DNA from: a virus
Taxonomy: Duplodnaviria > Caudoviricetes
DNA: 55,013 bases
Strand: one strand, 5' to 3'
Virus record (IMG/VR): IMGVR_UViG_3300022074_000052
Coordinates: 1-55,013 of that record
Within the stretch, counting starts at the first letter, position 1. Every line of letters starts with the position of its first letter. The position numbers and the translations under genes were made by a program. A model generated the notes under the pieces. The model worked only from the letters and a program-made list of their open reading frames with translations. It had not been told where the DNA came from and did no database searches. Of this stretch, positions 19,440 through 29,108 are shown in pieces.

Positions 19440-22152
19440 CTTCAATCAAACAGTCTACGGATATCACATCTGTAGGGGGTAAGTTCATGTGAGTGCCTTT
19501 GCTAAGACGTATCTTCACCCTCTTAGCGTTCAGTTTTTGTTTTAAATCCCCTATAAAAGCGTTGTAATTTATCTGATGCTGTCCACACCATGACTTCAAA
19601 GGTTTTGGTACGAGATACGCACGTTTTAAGTCTGTCTCGTATCGGGCTACAAGTTTACCTCTTGGTAACGCTTCAGGTATAACAAGGTTAGCTACGTCCC
19701 CCTCCTGCCTACGTAGGTCATCAGTGCTTTTAATCCATAGCACGTTGCTCCAATGCTCATGTATATAGTCGTTTAATGTCTCTTCTACCGACACGCTCAT
19801 TTCTTCTACCTGCCGTTTGTTTTCTTTTAAACACTTTATAGCCCAATCAAATATTTTCTTAGTGTCGTATTGAATTAGATCTAGGCGTTTAGCTATAACC
19901 AAACCTGTCATTGTACAAGCCACCAATACAGACCAAAACCTGTTCTCTGCTGTAAGTCCTGCCTTCTCGTCAACCCTACGTTGTATCTGATTGAGAAGCT
20001 TCTTAACTTCTTCTATATTATTTAAAACATACTTTATGTATACCTTTCCTGCATGACCATAGTTCTGTGATAGTCGTGAGGTAAACTCATCTGTCTCAGC
20101 TTTTGTATAGTAATTCTGCTTTGTAGCTTTATGCTCTAATATACGCTGTGCTTCTGCCTTGGGCATAGATTTTGCCATGCCTATCATTTCTACCACACTC
20201 GTATTGCCTGTGGTCACTGAAAGAAGTTTCCATACTTTACCTCTAGCTCTCTCTACGTTACTACTTGCTGACATACGACCACGCTGTCTACCACCCGTTA
20301 ACTGATACGCTAAATTAGAAAGTTCCATACTTTTCATATTAGTAAGTTCGTCCATATACAACGGTAGGTTATGGTATATCTCGCCCCTGTTCATCTTAGT
20401 ATTGTACGTATCTTCTTTATCTAATATCAACTCATCAGGATCTCCCCATGCAGATACACCTGCAATCATGGCAGTTGTCTTACCTAAACCTGACTCCTTA
20501 CTGTGCGTGTGAAAGCAAGCACACTTTATTGGTAGGAAACTCATTAGTGGAGACCCAAAGGACGTACCTACTATAAACTGATGTAATTCAAAGTTATCTA
20601 TATTATAGAAGTTCATTATGTCTTTCCACTCCTCCAGAGTGCCTTTAGGTTCAAAGTACGGAAACAAACCTGCAGTGGGTGTTGATGGGGGATTAAACTT
20701 TGTTTCGTTGGCGTGTACTTCTTGATTGCCAACCACAAACCCTGTATGCTCGTCGTCCGTCCAACCAAACTGTCTTCGAGCTTGATCTGCAGACCCCTTT
20801 GCTTGAAGTTGTGTTACCCATGTAGTTGTGTATGCCATGATATCATCCATTTTTGGTACAGCTATGCCTTGCATAGACAAATTTTTTCTTAACTCTTCTC
20901 TAGATGTTACAGAGGTCAAAGGTATTGTAAACTCTCTTACACCATCTTTAGGTAGGTGCAGACGCATGACTATGGCTTCGCCCATCTCTACGTCCATTAT
21001 ACGTTTTATCACGTAAAGGTCGTTTTGGTATATAACTTTATCCTCTTTATTACCATCCTTGTCTTTAAAGCGTAAATAGACACCTCCGTTTGCCCCCCGA
21101 AAATAGGGTTCTGGATATAACGGTATGTCTTTAGACGCAGGTGCTTTCTTTATACTCTTACCTAAAGATATAGGTGAAGTTATTTTGCCCCAATGTGGAC
21201 AAGTCGAGCATGGCTCTGGATCTTCTTCCGCAAACGTGGAACACGTATAAGGGCCTTTTATAAGCTCAACCTTATCATCTGTCAGGTGTTTGCTGTATTC
21301 TGGGTGTCTATCAGACATCTTATGCACTGCTTTGTCGGCATCGTTGCAGAACTTAGCTATAGACAGCCCTGCTCTCCATAAAGGCTCGCTTACGTCCTGT
21401 TGATTCTCCATGATGTTTTTGATTTGCTCACACCCTGTGCCTCTTATTGTTCTTGATAATATATCTTTGAACCCAAACTCTGAGTTCTCTATCAAAGCCT
21501 GTTTTAGGGCGTTAGCTTCATTGTCTACTTTCGTAGGCACAGTTACACCTTCTTTACCAACTACCCGTGCAAATTCGTCAAACTCCGTGCTACGAAACTC
21601 TCCTGTGCCAAAGAACATAACAGGTTTCTGTGTACCACGCTTATGGTTTTGTGTGCCAGGGACTCTGAGTACCCGCGCAGCGTCCGCAGTTACACCATTG
21701 TCTGCTGACAAGTTATGACGTATACACATATCTTTGAGGGCCTGCGCTACAGGTAACCACTCACCATACGATACACTCTCTGTAAGAACCCAGTATACAT
21801 GTATCCCATACCCAGAGTTTATAAGCATGGGTCGAGGCAATCCTGTCTCCTGCACAAATCTTTTTAGGTCTAAAAAAGCTGTATTCTGGTCGGAGTATTC
21901 TTTACCAACTCCACAGTCTAGATCTAAGTAGAAAGAACTGAGGCTCTTTACATTTGTTACTCGTCTGTCTTTATTTGTTTCGAATGTAGCTAAACCAAAG
22001 TATGCGTTGACACCTTCAGCGTCTAACTCGTTAGCCTTCTTTATAACATCGTCTATAGTTGCATGGAAGCTCTGTACCTTCTTGTCGCCAAGACCTAATA
22101 CAGAGTAGTATCCATCACCTAAAACCTTCTCTAAAAATTCTTTTGTTTCCAT
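19408..22152 (-). CDS. Primase-helicase: AEP/RepB-like primase, Cys cluster and DUF927-type ATPase
   Basis: YLDLD, SGYGIHVYW, RVLRVPGTQNHK; GPYTC..F...C..CPH; Walker A GLGKTT, Walker B YMDE; true start probably ATG 22152 behind RBS AAGGTGG. Confidence 0.85.
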   Translation of the reverse strand: METKEFLEKVLGDGYYSVLGLGDKKVQSFHATIDDVIKKANELDAEGVNAYFGLATFETNKDRRVTNVKSLSSFYLDLDCGVGKEYSDQNTAFLDLKRFVQETGLPRPMLINSGYGIHVYWVLTESVSYGEWLPVAQALKDMCIRHNLSADNGVTADAARVLRVPGTQNHKRGTQKPVMFFGTGEFRSTEFDEFARVVGKEGVTVPTKVDNEANALKQALIENSEFGFKDILSRTIRGTGCEQIKNIMENQQDVSEPLWRAGLSIAKFCNDADKAVHKMSDRHPEYSKHLTDDKVELIKGPYTCSTFAEEDPEPCSTCPHWGKITSPISLGKSIKKAPASKDIPLYPEPYFRGANGGVYLRFKDKDGNKEDKVIYQNDLYVIKRIMDVEMGEAIVMRLHLPKDGVREFTIPLTSVTSREELRKNLSMQGIAVPKMDDIMAYTTTWVTQLQAKGSADQARRQFGWTDDEHTGFVVGNQEVHANETKFNPPSTPTAGLFPYFEPKGTLEEWKDIMNFYNIDNFELHQFIVGTSFGSPLMSFLPIKCACFHTHSKESGLGKTTAMIAGVSAWGDPDELILDKEDTYNTKMNRGEIYHNLPLYMDELTNMKSMELSNLAYQLTGGRQRGRMSASSNVERARGKVWKLLSVTTGNTSVVEMIGMAKSMPKAEAQRILEHKATKQNYYTKAETDEFTSRLSQNYGHAGKVYIKYVLNNIEEVKKLLNQIQRRVDEKAGLTAENRFWSVLVACTMTGLVIAKRLDLIQYDTKKIFDWAIKCLKENKRQVEEMSVSVEETLNDYIHEHWSNVLWIKSTDDLRRQEGDVANLVIPEALPRGKLVARYETDLKRAYLVPKPLKSWCGQHQINYNAFIGDLKQKLNAKRVKIRLSKGTHMNLPPTDVISVDCLIEDEATTGNTEN

Positions 22153-22164
22153 TTTTCCCACCTT

Positions 22165-22228
22165 GTGCCGAAGACACCACGACAAGATACGGCACGTTAT
22201 CCTTTCGGTAAAAACCTAGTCGTGGTGT
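22165..22228 (-). promoter_or_regulatory. Putative RNA pseudoknot in the primase 5' leader
   Basis: 10-bp stem ACACCACGAC/GTCGTGGTGT; loop GTGCCG pairs with CGGCAC 3' of the stem, adjacent to the RBS. Confidence 0.6.
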
Positions 22229-22235
22229 AGTTCTA

Positions 22236-22904
22236 TTAGTCGTCCCAATCGTCAACGATAGAACTCAAGTTGCCATCAGCATCCTTGGTGGGAGGGGAGG
22301 GCTTCTTAGCAACTTTCTTTGGCTCCGCCACAGCGTCCTCTGCTTCAGTCTCACCTGCATCAAAAGGGTTTTCTTCCTTTGCTTCAAACACAAACCCATC
22401 AGTTTCTTCAAATGGATTTCTATCTTCATAAGGTATGTACTTTATGACCTGTACCCCTTTAAGACGCAGTGAAATATTTTGCTTAGTACCCATCTCATAT
22501 GGAGTAAATGTTACAGCTATGTTAACCGTGCTACCTGTAGTCAACATAAAATCTGCTGGTAATCTGTTACCCTTGGTATCAACCTGTATGGGTCTAGGAG
22601 TAGCTTGGTTTTTATACGCACCTTTTAAAACAGCCTTGTGCGTAAACATACCCTCGTCGTCTTTGACAAACAGACGTTCCAACTTTTCTGCCCATTTATC
22701 TTTCCTATTGGCTTGGTAGCTTTCAGACATAGCTAGAAATAAAGCCTTGGCGGTTGGATTATCCATACGAAACTGTATAGAATATTCTGCCCCATCAGCT
22801 TTGGCATCACATGCCATAGACCTACCAGCTACATTATCAAAGCGATAGGTTGTATTTATTTTAGGCCATAGAGCCTCTACGTTTTTTATAATATATGGTT
22901 CCAT
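22236..22904 (-). CDS. ssb: Single-stranded DNA-binding protein (T7 gp2.5-like)
   Basis: 'GSTVNIAV.F.PY...ISLRLKGVQVI.Y'; acidic/aromatic C-terminal tail IVDDWDD; next to the primase. Confidence 0.75.
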   Translation of the reverse strand: MEPYIIKNVEALWPKINTTYRFDNVAGRSMACDAKADGAEYSIQFRMDNPTAKALFLAMSESYQANRKDKWAEKLERLFVKDDEGMFTHKAVLKGAYKNQATPRPIQVDTKGNRLPADFMLTTGSTVNIAVTFTPYEMGTKQNISLRLKGVQVIKYIPYEDRNPFEETDGFVFEAKEENPFDAGETEAEDAVAEPKKVAKKPSPPTKDADGNLSSIVDDWDD

Positions 22905-22925
22905 TTATCTCTCCTTCTTTCTATA

Positions 22926-23162
22926 TTATAAGTCTTCATCTAGTTCAGCTAGTGAATCTTCGTCCACCGTTTCTTCGCTACGTTTACTAGATACTTTAGT
23001 CAATGCGGTGGCTACGTCTCCAACACGAAACCTATAAGTATTACCTATCTTTACATAGGTATCTTTTGGTATGTGCTTTTGACGTACCCAGGCACGAACA
23101 GTTGATACGGACACACTAAAATGTTTAGCTACGTCCTCTATTGGTACAAAAGGTTCATTCAT
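22926..23162 (-). CDS. Excisionase-like (HTH_17/MerR-type) DNA-binding protein
   Basis: IEDVAKHFSVSVSTVRAWVRQKHIP...KIG.TYRF. Confidence 0.8.
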   Translation of the reverse strand: MNEPFVPIEDVAKHFSVSVSTVRAWVRQKHIPKDTYVKIGNTYRFRVGDVATALTKVSSKRSEETVDEDSLAELDEDL

Positions 23163-23554
23163 GCTTTCCTCACAGAAATTGTTAACTCTTCTTCAATCTC
23201 TAACCCCTCTGGTTTGAGGTCAGGATTCTCTTCCAGAAACTCTTTCATGTTCGCCTGATTGATACGTTTGTCTAATAACTGAGGTGCGTTCTGTTCCACA
23301 ATAAGCTTGTGTATGGCATCCCATTCACTGACCCAGTATTTCTTTTTAGCCGAACGAAAGAATAGTCCTTCCGAAGTTCTCACGCTTTCTACATTGTGGT
23401 CTTCACAATGATCTAGCATTGCCTGTTTTATTATATCTAACTGCCGTGTAAGGTTGCCGTCTTCTTCCTTATACTTGGCTGACAGTATAGATCTCTCTGC
23501 TCGTATACGTAGATACGTTTTTGCCAATTTGTCAGGTGTTATCTTGTCACCCAT
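23159..23554 (-). CDS. Conserved replication-module hypothetical protein (coiled coil)
   Basis: RBS AGGAG; 'L...Y..IR..R...SVRT..G...W....L..RI.Q.N...FL...P..P.GL' pattern. Confidence 0.7.
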   Translation of the reverse strand: MGDKITPDKLAKTYLRIRAERSILSAKYKEEDGNLTRQLDIIKQAMLDHCEDHNVESVRTSEGLFFRSAKKKYWVSEWDAIHKLIVEQNAPQLLDKRINQANMKEFLEENPDLKPEGLEIEEELTISVRKA

Positions 23555-23605
23555 ATCTCTCTCCTATTTCTTATTATATAATAACATATAATAGTAAAAA
23601 GTATC

Positions 23606-25141
23606 TTAGTCAAGTACTTCTTTGTAAAGTTCTATAAATTTTGTGTGTACGTTTATTTTTCTATCTAATAGTCGGTATACGTGCTTTTCTGCGTCAGAAC
23701 CTTGTAGTTGTACAACAGTGCATTTATGTGTCTGACCCGATCTATGTACACGTGCGTTTGCTTGGTCGTAGGTTTCTAACGAACTGGTTGGCCCCCACCA
23801 CACCACTGTGTTAGCTCGTGTTAACGTGACACCATGCGCAGCTGCTTGTGGTTGGATCACGAGTACCTGTGGATCAACATCCTGTTGGAATTGTTTAAAT
23901 ATAGTAGTCCTCTTATGCGCAGGTACATCTCCACGTATGACCTCTGTTGTTATACCCTCTGACCGTAATCTATCTGTAAGTATATCTATGGCGTGTTTAA
24001 AAGGCACAAATACAAGAACCTTTTGACTAGACTCATCAATTACTTCGCGTAGCACCTTGTATCTATTGTTTATGTCAAACTGCAATACATCGCCATCATC
24101 TGTATACACTGCACCTGCTGATATTTGTAATAACTTGTTAAGAGTCACAGCCGCGTTTATAGCTGTTATCTCCTCACCTGTGATTTCTAACACAAGTTTT
24201 GTTTTTAATTCTTTGTAATATTTCTTCTGTTGCGCTGTAAGCTCCACCTGTCTCTTAGTGTATACCATCGGTGGTAAGTCTAGACACTGATCTTTTGTAA
24301 AACGTATGGCAGGTTGCAATGCTCTGAACACTACATCTGTAGCGTTTGGGCGTATCTTCCATGTAAACTGAGAGACTTTAAACATCACCATATCTTTAAA
24401 CGCACCAAAAAATCTTGGCACTCTGTTAGGACTAACGAGTTTTGCTAGACCATATGCGTCTGTAGGGTTTTGCGCAGCGGGTGTGCCTGTCATCATCCAC
24501 AGCCACGTGTTATCGTGTATTAACTGACGTAGTAATTTCCAGCGCCTTGTTTGGGCGTTTTTGTAGTGTGTGGCTTCGTCCACAATAATTAAATCAAACC
24601 CACCTTTTTTTAGTTCGTCTAACACAATGCCAATACCATCGTAGTTTATAATCACGTAATCTGCGCCTTCCTGCACGATCTTCTTACGTTTATCTGCTGA
24701 TCCATGTGCTACTGACACAGTTCTATGTGTTGCGAATGTAAACAAGTCATCACGCCATGCGCTGTCCATGATCGACAGCGGGCATACTACAAGCACCCTG
24801 TTTATGATTCCTTGTTTTAGTAAAAAGTCTGATGCCCATATGGCACTTGCTGTCTTGCCTGTGCCTTGTTCGTTGAAACAAAAACCTTTCTGGTGTATGG
24901 TAAGGAATGATGAAGTCGAGACTTGGTGGTCAAATGGTTGGTATCTTCCTGTCCATATGTATTTTACTTCTATGGGTGATGGTGATTTTATACCTAGCTG
25001 ATTCAGGATCTGTGCTTCTTCAAGACCCCACTTAACTACAACTTCGTTATCCCCTACCTTTTGACTTTTAGGTATGGCATTTGTAACTTTGTCAGGGTCA
25101 CGTAAGCGTAGACGTAAAGCCTTGTTGTCTATTATCTGCAT
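23606..25141 (-). CDS. SNF2-family (SF2) helicase
   Basis: EQGTGKT, VVCPLS, IVDEATH, MTGTP, HGVTLT.A, QANARVHRSGQ. Confidence 0.9.
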   Translation of the reverse strand: MQIIDNKALRLRLRDPDKVTNAIPKSQKVGDNEVVVKWGLEEAQILNQLGIKSPSPIEVKYIWTGRYQPFDHQVSTSSFLTIHQKGFCFNEQGTGKTASAIWASDFLLKQGIINRVLVVCPLSIMDSAWRDDLFTFATHRTVSVAHGSADKRKKIVQEGADYVIINYDGIGIVLDELKKGGFDLIIVDEATHYKNAQTRRWKLLRQLIHDNTWLWMMTGTPAAQNPTDAYGLAKLVSPNRVPRFFGAFKDMVMFKVSQFTWKIRPNATDVVFRALQPAIRFTKDQCLDLPPMVYTKRQVELTAQQKKYYKELKTKLVLEITGEEITAINAAVTLNKLLQISAGAVYTDDGDVLQFDINNRYKVLREVIDESSQKVLVFVPFKHAIDILTDRLRSEGITTEVIRGDVPAHKRTTIFKQFQQDVDPQVLVIQPQAAAHGVTLTRANTVVWWGPTSSLETYDQANARVHRSGQTHKCTVVQLQGSDAEKHVYRLLDRKINVHTKFIELYKEVLD

Positions 25142-25162
25142 GTCTCTCTCTCATTTTTATAT

Positions 25163-25294
25163 TTATTTTTTATTTTTAGTTTTAGTTTTTGTTAGTACGG
25201 ACTTTATAGTCTTTGCTTGTTTCGCATGGGTCTTTGACGCTTTGCTTAGACCCTTGGCTACTTTCTTTAGTTTGTTTTGTATCTGTCTAGTCAT
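25163..25294 (-). CDS. Tiny Lys-rich basic protein
   Basis: Not in ORF track; MTRQIQNKLKKVAKGLSKASKTHAKQAKTIKSVLTKTKTKNKK*; ATGA-coupled to the upstream gene. Confidence 0.7.
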   Translation of the reverse strand: MTRQIQNKLKKVAKGLSKASKTHAKQAKTIKSVLTKTKTKNKK

Positions 25295-25596
25295 TTTTTC
25301 TTGGTCGCCCCCTTTTTCGCTTCGTGCTTGGCTCTGAGTTCTTGCTTGGCTCTTTTTGCGATGGCGGCTTGCCTTGGCTTTCCTGCAACTTTGGCTCTTT
25401 GCTCCACCACAGTAAGGATTTGAATCTTCCTAGCATATGGCTTATTGATTCGTTTAACCTTACGAGCAGTTGCTTGGGCATCTGCCACAGTGGCAAACTT
25501 AATAGGGACTGTATCTTTGGGGTTTTCATCTGTGTAAAGCCTCCTTCCTGTTCCTTTTGGTTTCTTACCTGTTCCTGTTTTAGGGTCTTTCGTCAT
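25291..25596 (-). CDS. Lys-rich basic protein ('RRLYTDENPKDTV' type)
   Basis: ATGA coupling at both ends; very basic. Confidence 0.75.
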   Translation of the reverse strand: MTKDPKTGTGKKPKGTGRRLYTDENPKDTVPIKFATVADAQATARKVKRINKPYARKIQILTVVEQRAKVAGKPRQAAIAKRAKQELRAKHEAKKGATKKK

Positions 25597-25844
25597 TTCT
25601 TTTTCTTCTTCTGTCCGTTTCTTGCTCTGTTCTTTGAAGGACTCTCTAACTTTGTGCCGTCCTTGTTTGAGCCACCCTTACTTAACATCTTATTGTGCGA
25701 TACATCTTTACCTTTACGACTTATACCCTTCTTGTCATAAGACCTTCTAGCACGTTGACGCTCCATCCTATCTGGGTGTTCACCACGCTCCTTCTGCTTT
25801 TTATATTCTTTCTTGTAGGGTCTAGGTGACTTCGTGTATGGCAT
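25593..25844 (-). CDS. Minimal HNH-like protein (T7 gp7.7-like)
   Basis: GKDVSH.K.LSKGGSN...L...SKNRARN; start ATG 25844 (MPYTKS). Confidence 0.65.
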   Translation of the reverse strand: MPYTKSPRPYKKEYKKQKERGEHPDRMERQRARRSYDKKGISRKGKDVSHNKMLSKGGSNKDGTKLESPSKNRARNGQKKKKK

Positions 25845-26509
25845 CAGTTGCTCCCATTGTATACGCACTCTATTACCGCGCAGTGTTTACGGCATAACCC
25901 ACTAGGTCGTGCGTTCCACGTATCGTTATCGTGAGCTATCTGCATACGCTTAAAACTAGCTAACCATTTATCCCACAGGTCTGTCAACATATCTATAGTG
26001 TACTTTGCTTTTATAAACTTCTTAGCAATCACATACATCAAAGCCGCGTTGACTTGTTTTACTGAGGGGAAGTGTTTAAATGTAGCCATAGCCATAAGCT
26101 CTAATTGTCCTTTATCTGCATACTCCGCATTCCGTCCAGTCTTATAGTCTACCACCCATGCTTTTGTATCGTCAACTATTACTAAATCTGCTATCCCACG
26201 CCACCACACATTCTTGTCGCTAAACCCACAAGGTTCAAGCTCTGCGGTTAGACCCATACGCATCTCTGTAAACTTGTTACCCTGCTTACGTTCAAGTGCC
26301 TCCAGGGGGCCTTTGAGGAAAGCAAACTTTTCTGGTACTGGTGTGCCATCGCTTATAAAGTCCTCCGCTACACCATGTAACTCTGTGCCGTAACGCATAG
26401 CTTCTGTGTACGGTTCTTTATAATCTTTTGCTATCTTCATATGGTAGAACTGCTTGGGGCATTGCTCGAATGCCTTGATTCTACTATATGACCAAGGTGC
26501 TATACTCAT
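25844..26509 (-). CDS. PD-(D/E)xK exonuclease, Cas4/RecB-like
   Basis: WSYS...FEQCP, GTELH, RGIAD, VVDYKTG, QLELMA, C-terminal C..HC...C (Fe-S-type); start MSIAPW at 26509. Confidence 0.85.
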   Translation of the reverse strand: MSIAPWSYSRIKAFEQCPKQFYHMKIAKDYKEPYTEAMRYGTELHGVAEDFISDGTPVPEKFAFLKGPLEALERKQGNKFTEMRMGLTAELEPCGFSDKNVWWRGIADLVIVDDTKAWVVDYKTGRNAEYADKGQLELMAMATFKHFPSVKQVNAALMYVIAKKFIKAKYTIDMLTDLWDKWLASFKRMQIAHDNDTWNARPSGLCRKHCAVIECVYNGSN

Positions 26510-26757
26510 TCGTACCATCCACATAAATCTTCTTCAATCTCTTTATAAGTTTTTCTTGGTGCTACTTTTATATCATGAACATGATGACAATTTTTACATT
26601 CGTGTCCTTCGCCATTTACATAAACCATCATCCTCGACAATCTTTTAAATTTTTGATAGACATTTTTATGGGGGATAGCTTCTTTTATTTCTCTCCAAGG
26701 TTTTCCTTGCAGGCGCATATGACATATTTTATGTAGTTCTTTACTAGATAAACTCAT
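26506..26757 (-). CDS. Hypothetical protein (possible HTH plus CxxC)
   Basis: ATGA-coupled between polymerase and nuclease; ECKNCHH. Confidence 0.6.
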   Translation of the reverse strand: MSLSSKELHKICHMRLQGKPWREIKEAIPHKNVYQKFKRLSRMMVYVNGEGHECKNCHHVHDIKVAPRKTYKEIEEDLCGWYE

Positions 26758-28559
26758 CCACATTCTCCATAAGATTTGCCTTTACCCGATTCGCAATCTA
26801 TCGGTAGACCTTCTGCCCACTCAGGTGGTTGGCGCATACATTCTTCGACGTATTTCTGTGCTTCGTCCACCTCTTCGTCTTTGACACAACACGCTATACT
26901 GTCATGCACTGTCAAGACAACTCTGTACCTCTTCGCTATTTGTAACATTTGTTCGCCAATAATGCAACGAGCTATCGCTTGACACACGTTCTCTATTACC
27001 TTACCGCCATATATACGTACGCGACCACGTCGTGTTTTGTAATCAAAGTCATACTTACCATCATCAACAGTAAACTGTAAGTCGTCATAGCGTAGACGCA
27101 AACCAGAGGGTAGTATTATGTCCCACTCTTCCGTGCCTAAGACCCCCTCCTTACCAAAGGCATCCCCATCTTTTAAGAAAAGTTGAGCATTAGCCCATAG
27201 GTCTTTTATGTCTGAGTTTGTTTCTCTGTACACCTGTATAACACGTCGCGCCTCATGTAGCTCCATATCAAACCCAAATGTCTTAAGTTGATTTTGGAAC
27301 TTCTGCGCACCCATGCCATACCCTGCCCCTAAAATCGTGGTCTTACCAACAAATCGTTGGTCTTTTGTTACGAGGCTCTCTGCTACACCATATATTTTAG
27401 ATGCCATATTCTTATATACGTCTTCACCGTTTGCAAACGCTTGGGTCAAATCGTCCTGTTCGGCAAGCCACGCCAATACCCTCGCTTCGATTTGTGCTGA
27501 GTCAGCATCTATTATAGAATATCCTTGTGGTGCAATTATGCCACGCTTTAGCATGTTTGCATTTGCGCCTCGGCTGGGTAAATTTTGTAGATTTATCTTA
27601 TCATCACCGCCCCAACGACCTGTATGTGCCGCATAATATCTAACAGGTACAGGCAATAAGCCACGTTTCGCTATATCGATAAATCTTTGCGTCCGTGTTT
27701 CTTCAAGTGTGCTTTTATTACCCAACCTGGCTGCAACAAGTGATTGAACCCTTACGTCCTGATGTGTTAACAGGTGTTTAAACTTTTCGTCTGACTTAGC
27801 AAAAGCCCATGTCTCCTTGCCTGTGGTGGGGCTTATCTTCTTAGGAGGTGACACATTATATGCAGCAAGCAGCTTTGCAAATTTGTCGTTACTCATCAGA
27901 TCTTCTTTAGACGCACGAGCATCCATAAGTAACTCTTCCTTGTGTTGACGTGTGTTGCTGAGATGATCTTCTAACAAGTCCAAGTTCAGATCCAAAATAG
28001 GCTCTACGAACATACGCAGTGATACGTCAATCAGCTTGAGTTCTTTCTTTGGAAACCCCTTTGCCATGATTGTGAACAAGTCATATGTCAGATCTACGTC
28101 ATTTACAGCATAGTCACCTAGTCGCGCCAATTCTTCGTTAGTAAAGTCCTGCCTGTGTTTATCAAGGGTATTCTGTATCTCGTCACCCTTCTCACCCACA
28201 CCGTATCTTTCTGATAACGCTTTTAACGAAACACTGGTCTCAACTCCATCTACGGCTCTCGCTATACAAACTGTATCAGTATAAGCGCGAGGTTTAATAT
28301 CAAATACCCAAGAGAGGATAGCACCATCAAACATAGTATTGTGAGCCAATACCATCGACTTACTCCAGTTGTACTCTTGTAAGAATGCCTTAAGTTGTTC
28401 CTGCGTACCACTTGCCCACTCCGTCTCTCCGTTGTTAACTTTTATAGCGACCCCAAGCACTTCAAACCTAGGGTCGCGCACGTATTCTTCTGTCGTTAGT
28501 TTCTTTAAAGAATACTCTTTGTTGTAATATGTTTCGAAATCAAGAGTTATTAAGTCCAC
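26754..28559 (-). CDS. polA: DNA polymerase family A with 3'-5' exonuclease
   Basis: Exo LDFET, HNTMFD, YAVND; HTGRW, NLQNLP; motif A DSAQIEARV; motif B RFVGKTTILGAGYG; motif C TVHDS; GTG start behind AGGAG. Confidence 0.93.
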   Translation of the reverse strand: MDLITLDFETYYNKEYSLKKLTTEEYVRDPRFEVLGVAIKVNNGETEWASGTQEQLKAFLQEYNWSKSMVLAHNTMFDGAILSWVFDIKPRAYTDTVCIARAVDGVETSVSLKALSERYGVGEKGDEIQNTLDKHRQDFTNEELARLGDYAVNDVDLTYDLFTIMAKGFPKKELKLIDVSLRMFVEPILDLNLDLLEDHLSNTRQHKEELLMDARASKEDLMSNDKFAKLLAAYNVSPPKKISPTTGKETWAFAKSDEKFKHLLTHQDVRVQSLVAARLGNKSTLEETRTQRFIDIAKRGLLPVPVRYYAAHTGRWGGDDKINLQNLPSRGANANMLKRGIIAPQGYSIIDADSAQIEARVLAWLAEQDDLTQAFANGEDVYKNMASKIYGVAESLVTKDQRFVGKTTILGAGYGMGAQKFQNQLKTFGFDMELHEARRVIQVYRETNSDIKDLWANAQLFLKDGDAFGKEGVLGTEEWDIILPSGLRLRYDDLQFTVDDGKYDFDYKTRRGRVRIYGGKVIENVCQAIARCIIGEQMLQIAKRYRVVLTVHDSIACCVKDEEVDEAQKYVEECMRQPPEWAEGLPIDCESGKGKSYGECG

Positions 28560-28998
28560 TATTCTTCTCCTTCATAGCGCATTCGTATTCAATACCAACG
28601 TACGCCATGTTATCTACGTAGTGATCTTTTTTCAACGGACTTGTCTGTCGCCTTGCTAACTTCGTTGCCTGGTGTACCAGAGTGATGTCTCTCGCTGTAA
28701 GACGTTGTCCTGTGATAGCATTATATATACGTGCGATATGTTCGTGGTTGTCCACAGCATCACCATAGTCTTTATTACGATCTGTAGCTGTGAGGCTCGA
28801 CGCTTCACCAAGTAGCTGACAGCGGACGGGGGGTTTGGACTCTGCTAGGATAACTTCTTTTGGTGTGCCTGATTCATTAATAATCTTCAAAGCATAACCA
28901 TACGATACCTTACACGCTTCTGCTACTTTTCTGGGCGTGTCAAGTCTGTTCTTGAGTATGTACTTCCAAACTCTTTCTCTCTTAGTGTTTGTACGCAT
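28540..28998 (-). CDS. DUF6378-like protein with N-terminal HTH-like segment
   Basis: L.EA..L...DRNKDYG....N...IA..........K.AR......D.YVD...Y. Confidence 0.7.
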   Translation of the reverse strand: MRTNTKRERVWKYILKNRLDTPRKVAEACKVSYGYALKIINESGTPKEVILAESKPPVRCQLLGEASSLTATDRNKDYGDAVDNHEHIARIYNAITGQRLTARDITLVHQATKLARRQTSPLKKDHYVDNMAYVGIEYECAMKEKNSGLNNS

Positions 28999-29108
28999 TG
29001 TAATTTCTCCTCTTCTCTTAGTTGTTTAATTAAATAATCTCTGTGCAACTTGGCGTTCTCACGTGCCTTTTTCAATCGCTCAGATACCTTTCTAACAATA
29101 ACAGTCAT
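28923..29108 (-). CDS. Small hypothetical protein
   Basis: ATGA-coupled to the upstream ORF; overlaps the downstream gene. Confidence 0.5.
   Translation of the reverse strand: MTVIVRKVSERLKKARENAKLHRDYLIKQLREEEKLQCVQTLREKEFGSTYSRTDLTRPEK

Noticed and set aside
22229-22240. SSB-primase fusion by read-through stimulated by the pseudoknot
   Set aside because: ssb ends in tandem stops TAA TAG, and I saw no slippery heptamer; the primase has its own RBS.
23585-23613. Minus-strand promoter (TTGACT) upstream of 23554
   Set aside because: No good -10 hexamer at 16-18 nt spacing; the AT-rich context makes chance matches likely.
25593-25844. HNH-like gene as a homing endonuclease within an intron
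   Set aside because: Flanking genes are intact and translationally coupled; no split gene or intron core is visible.
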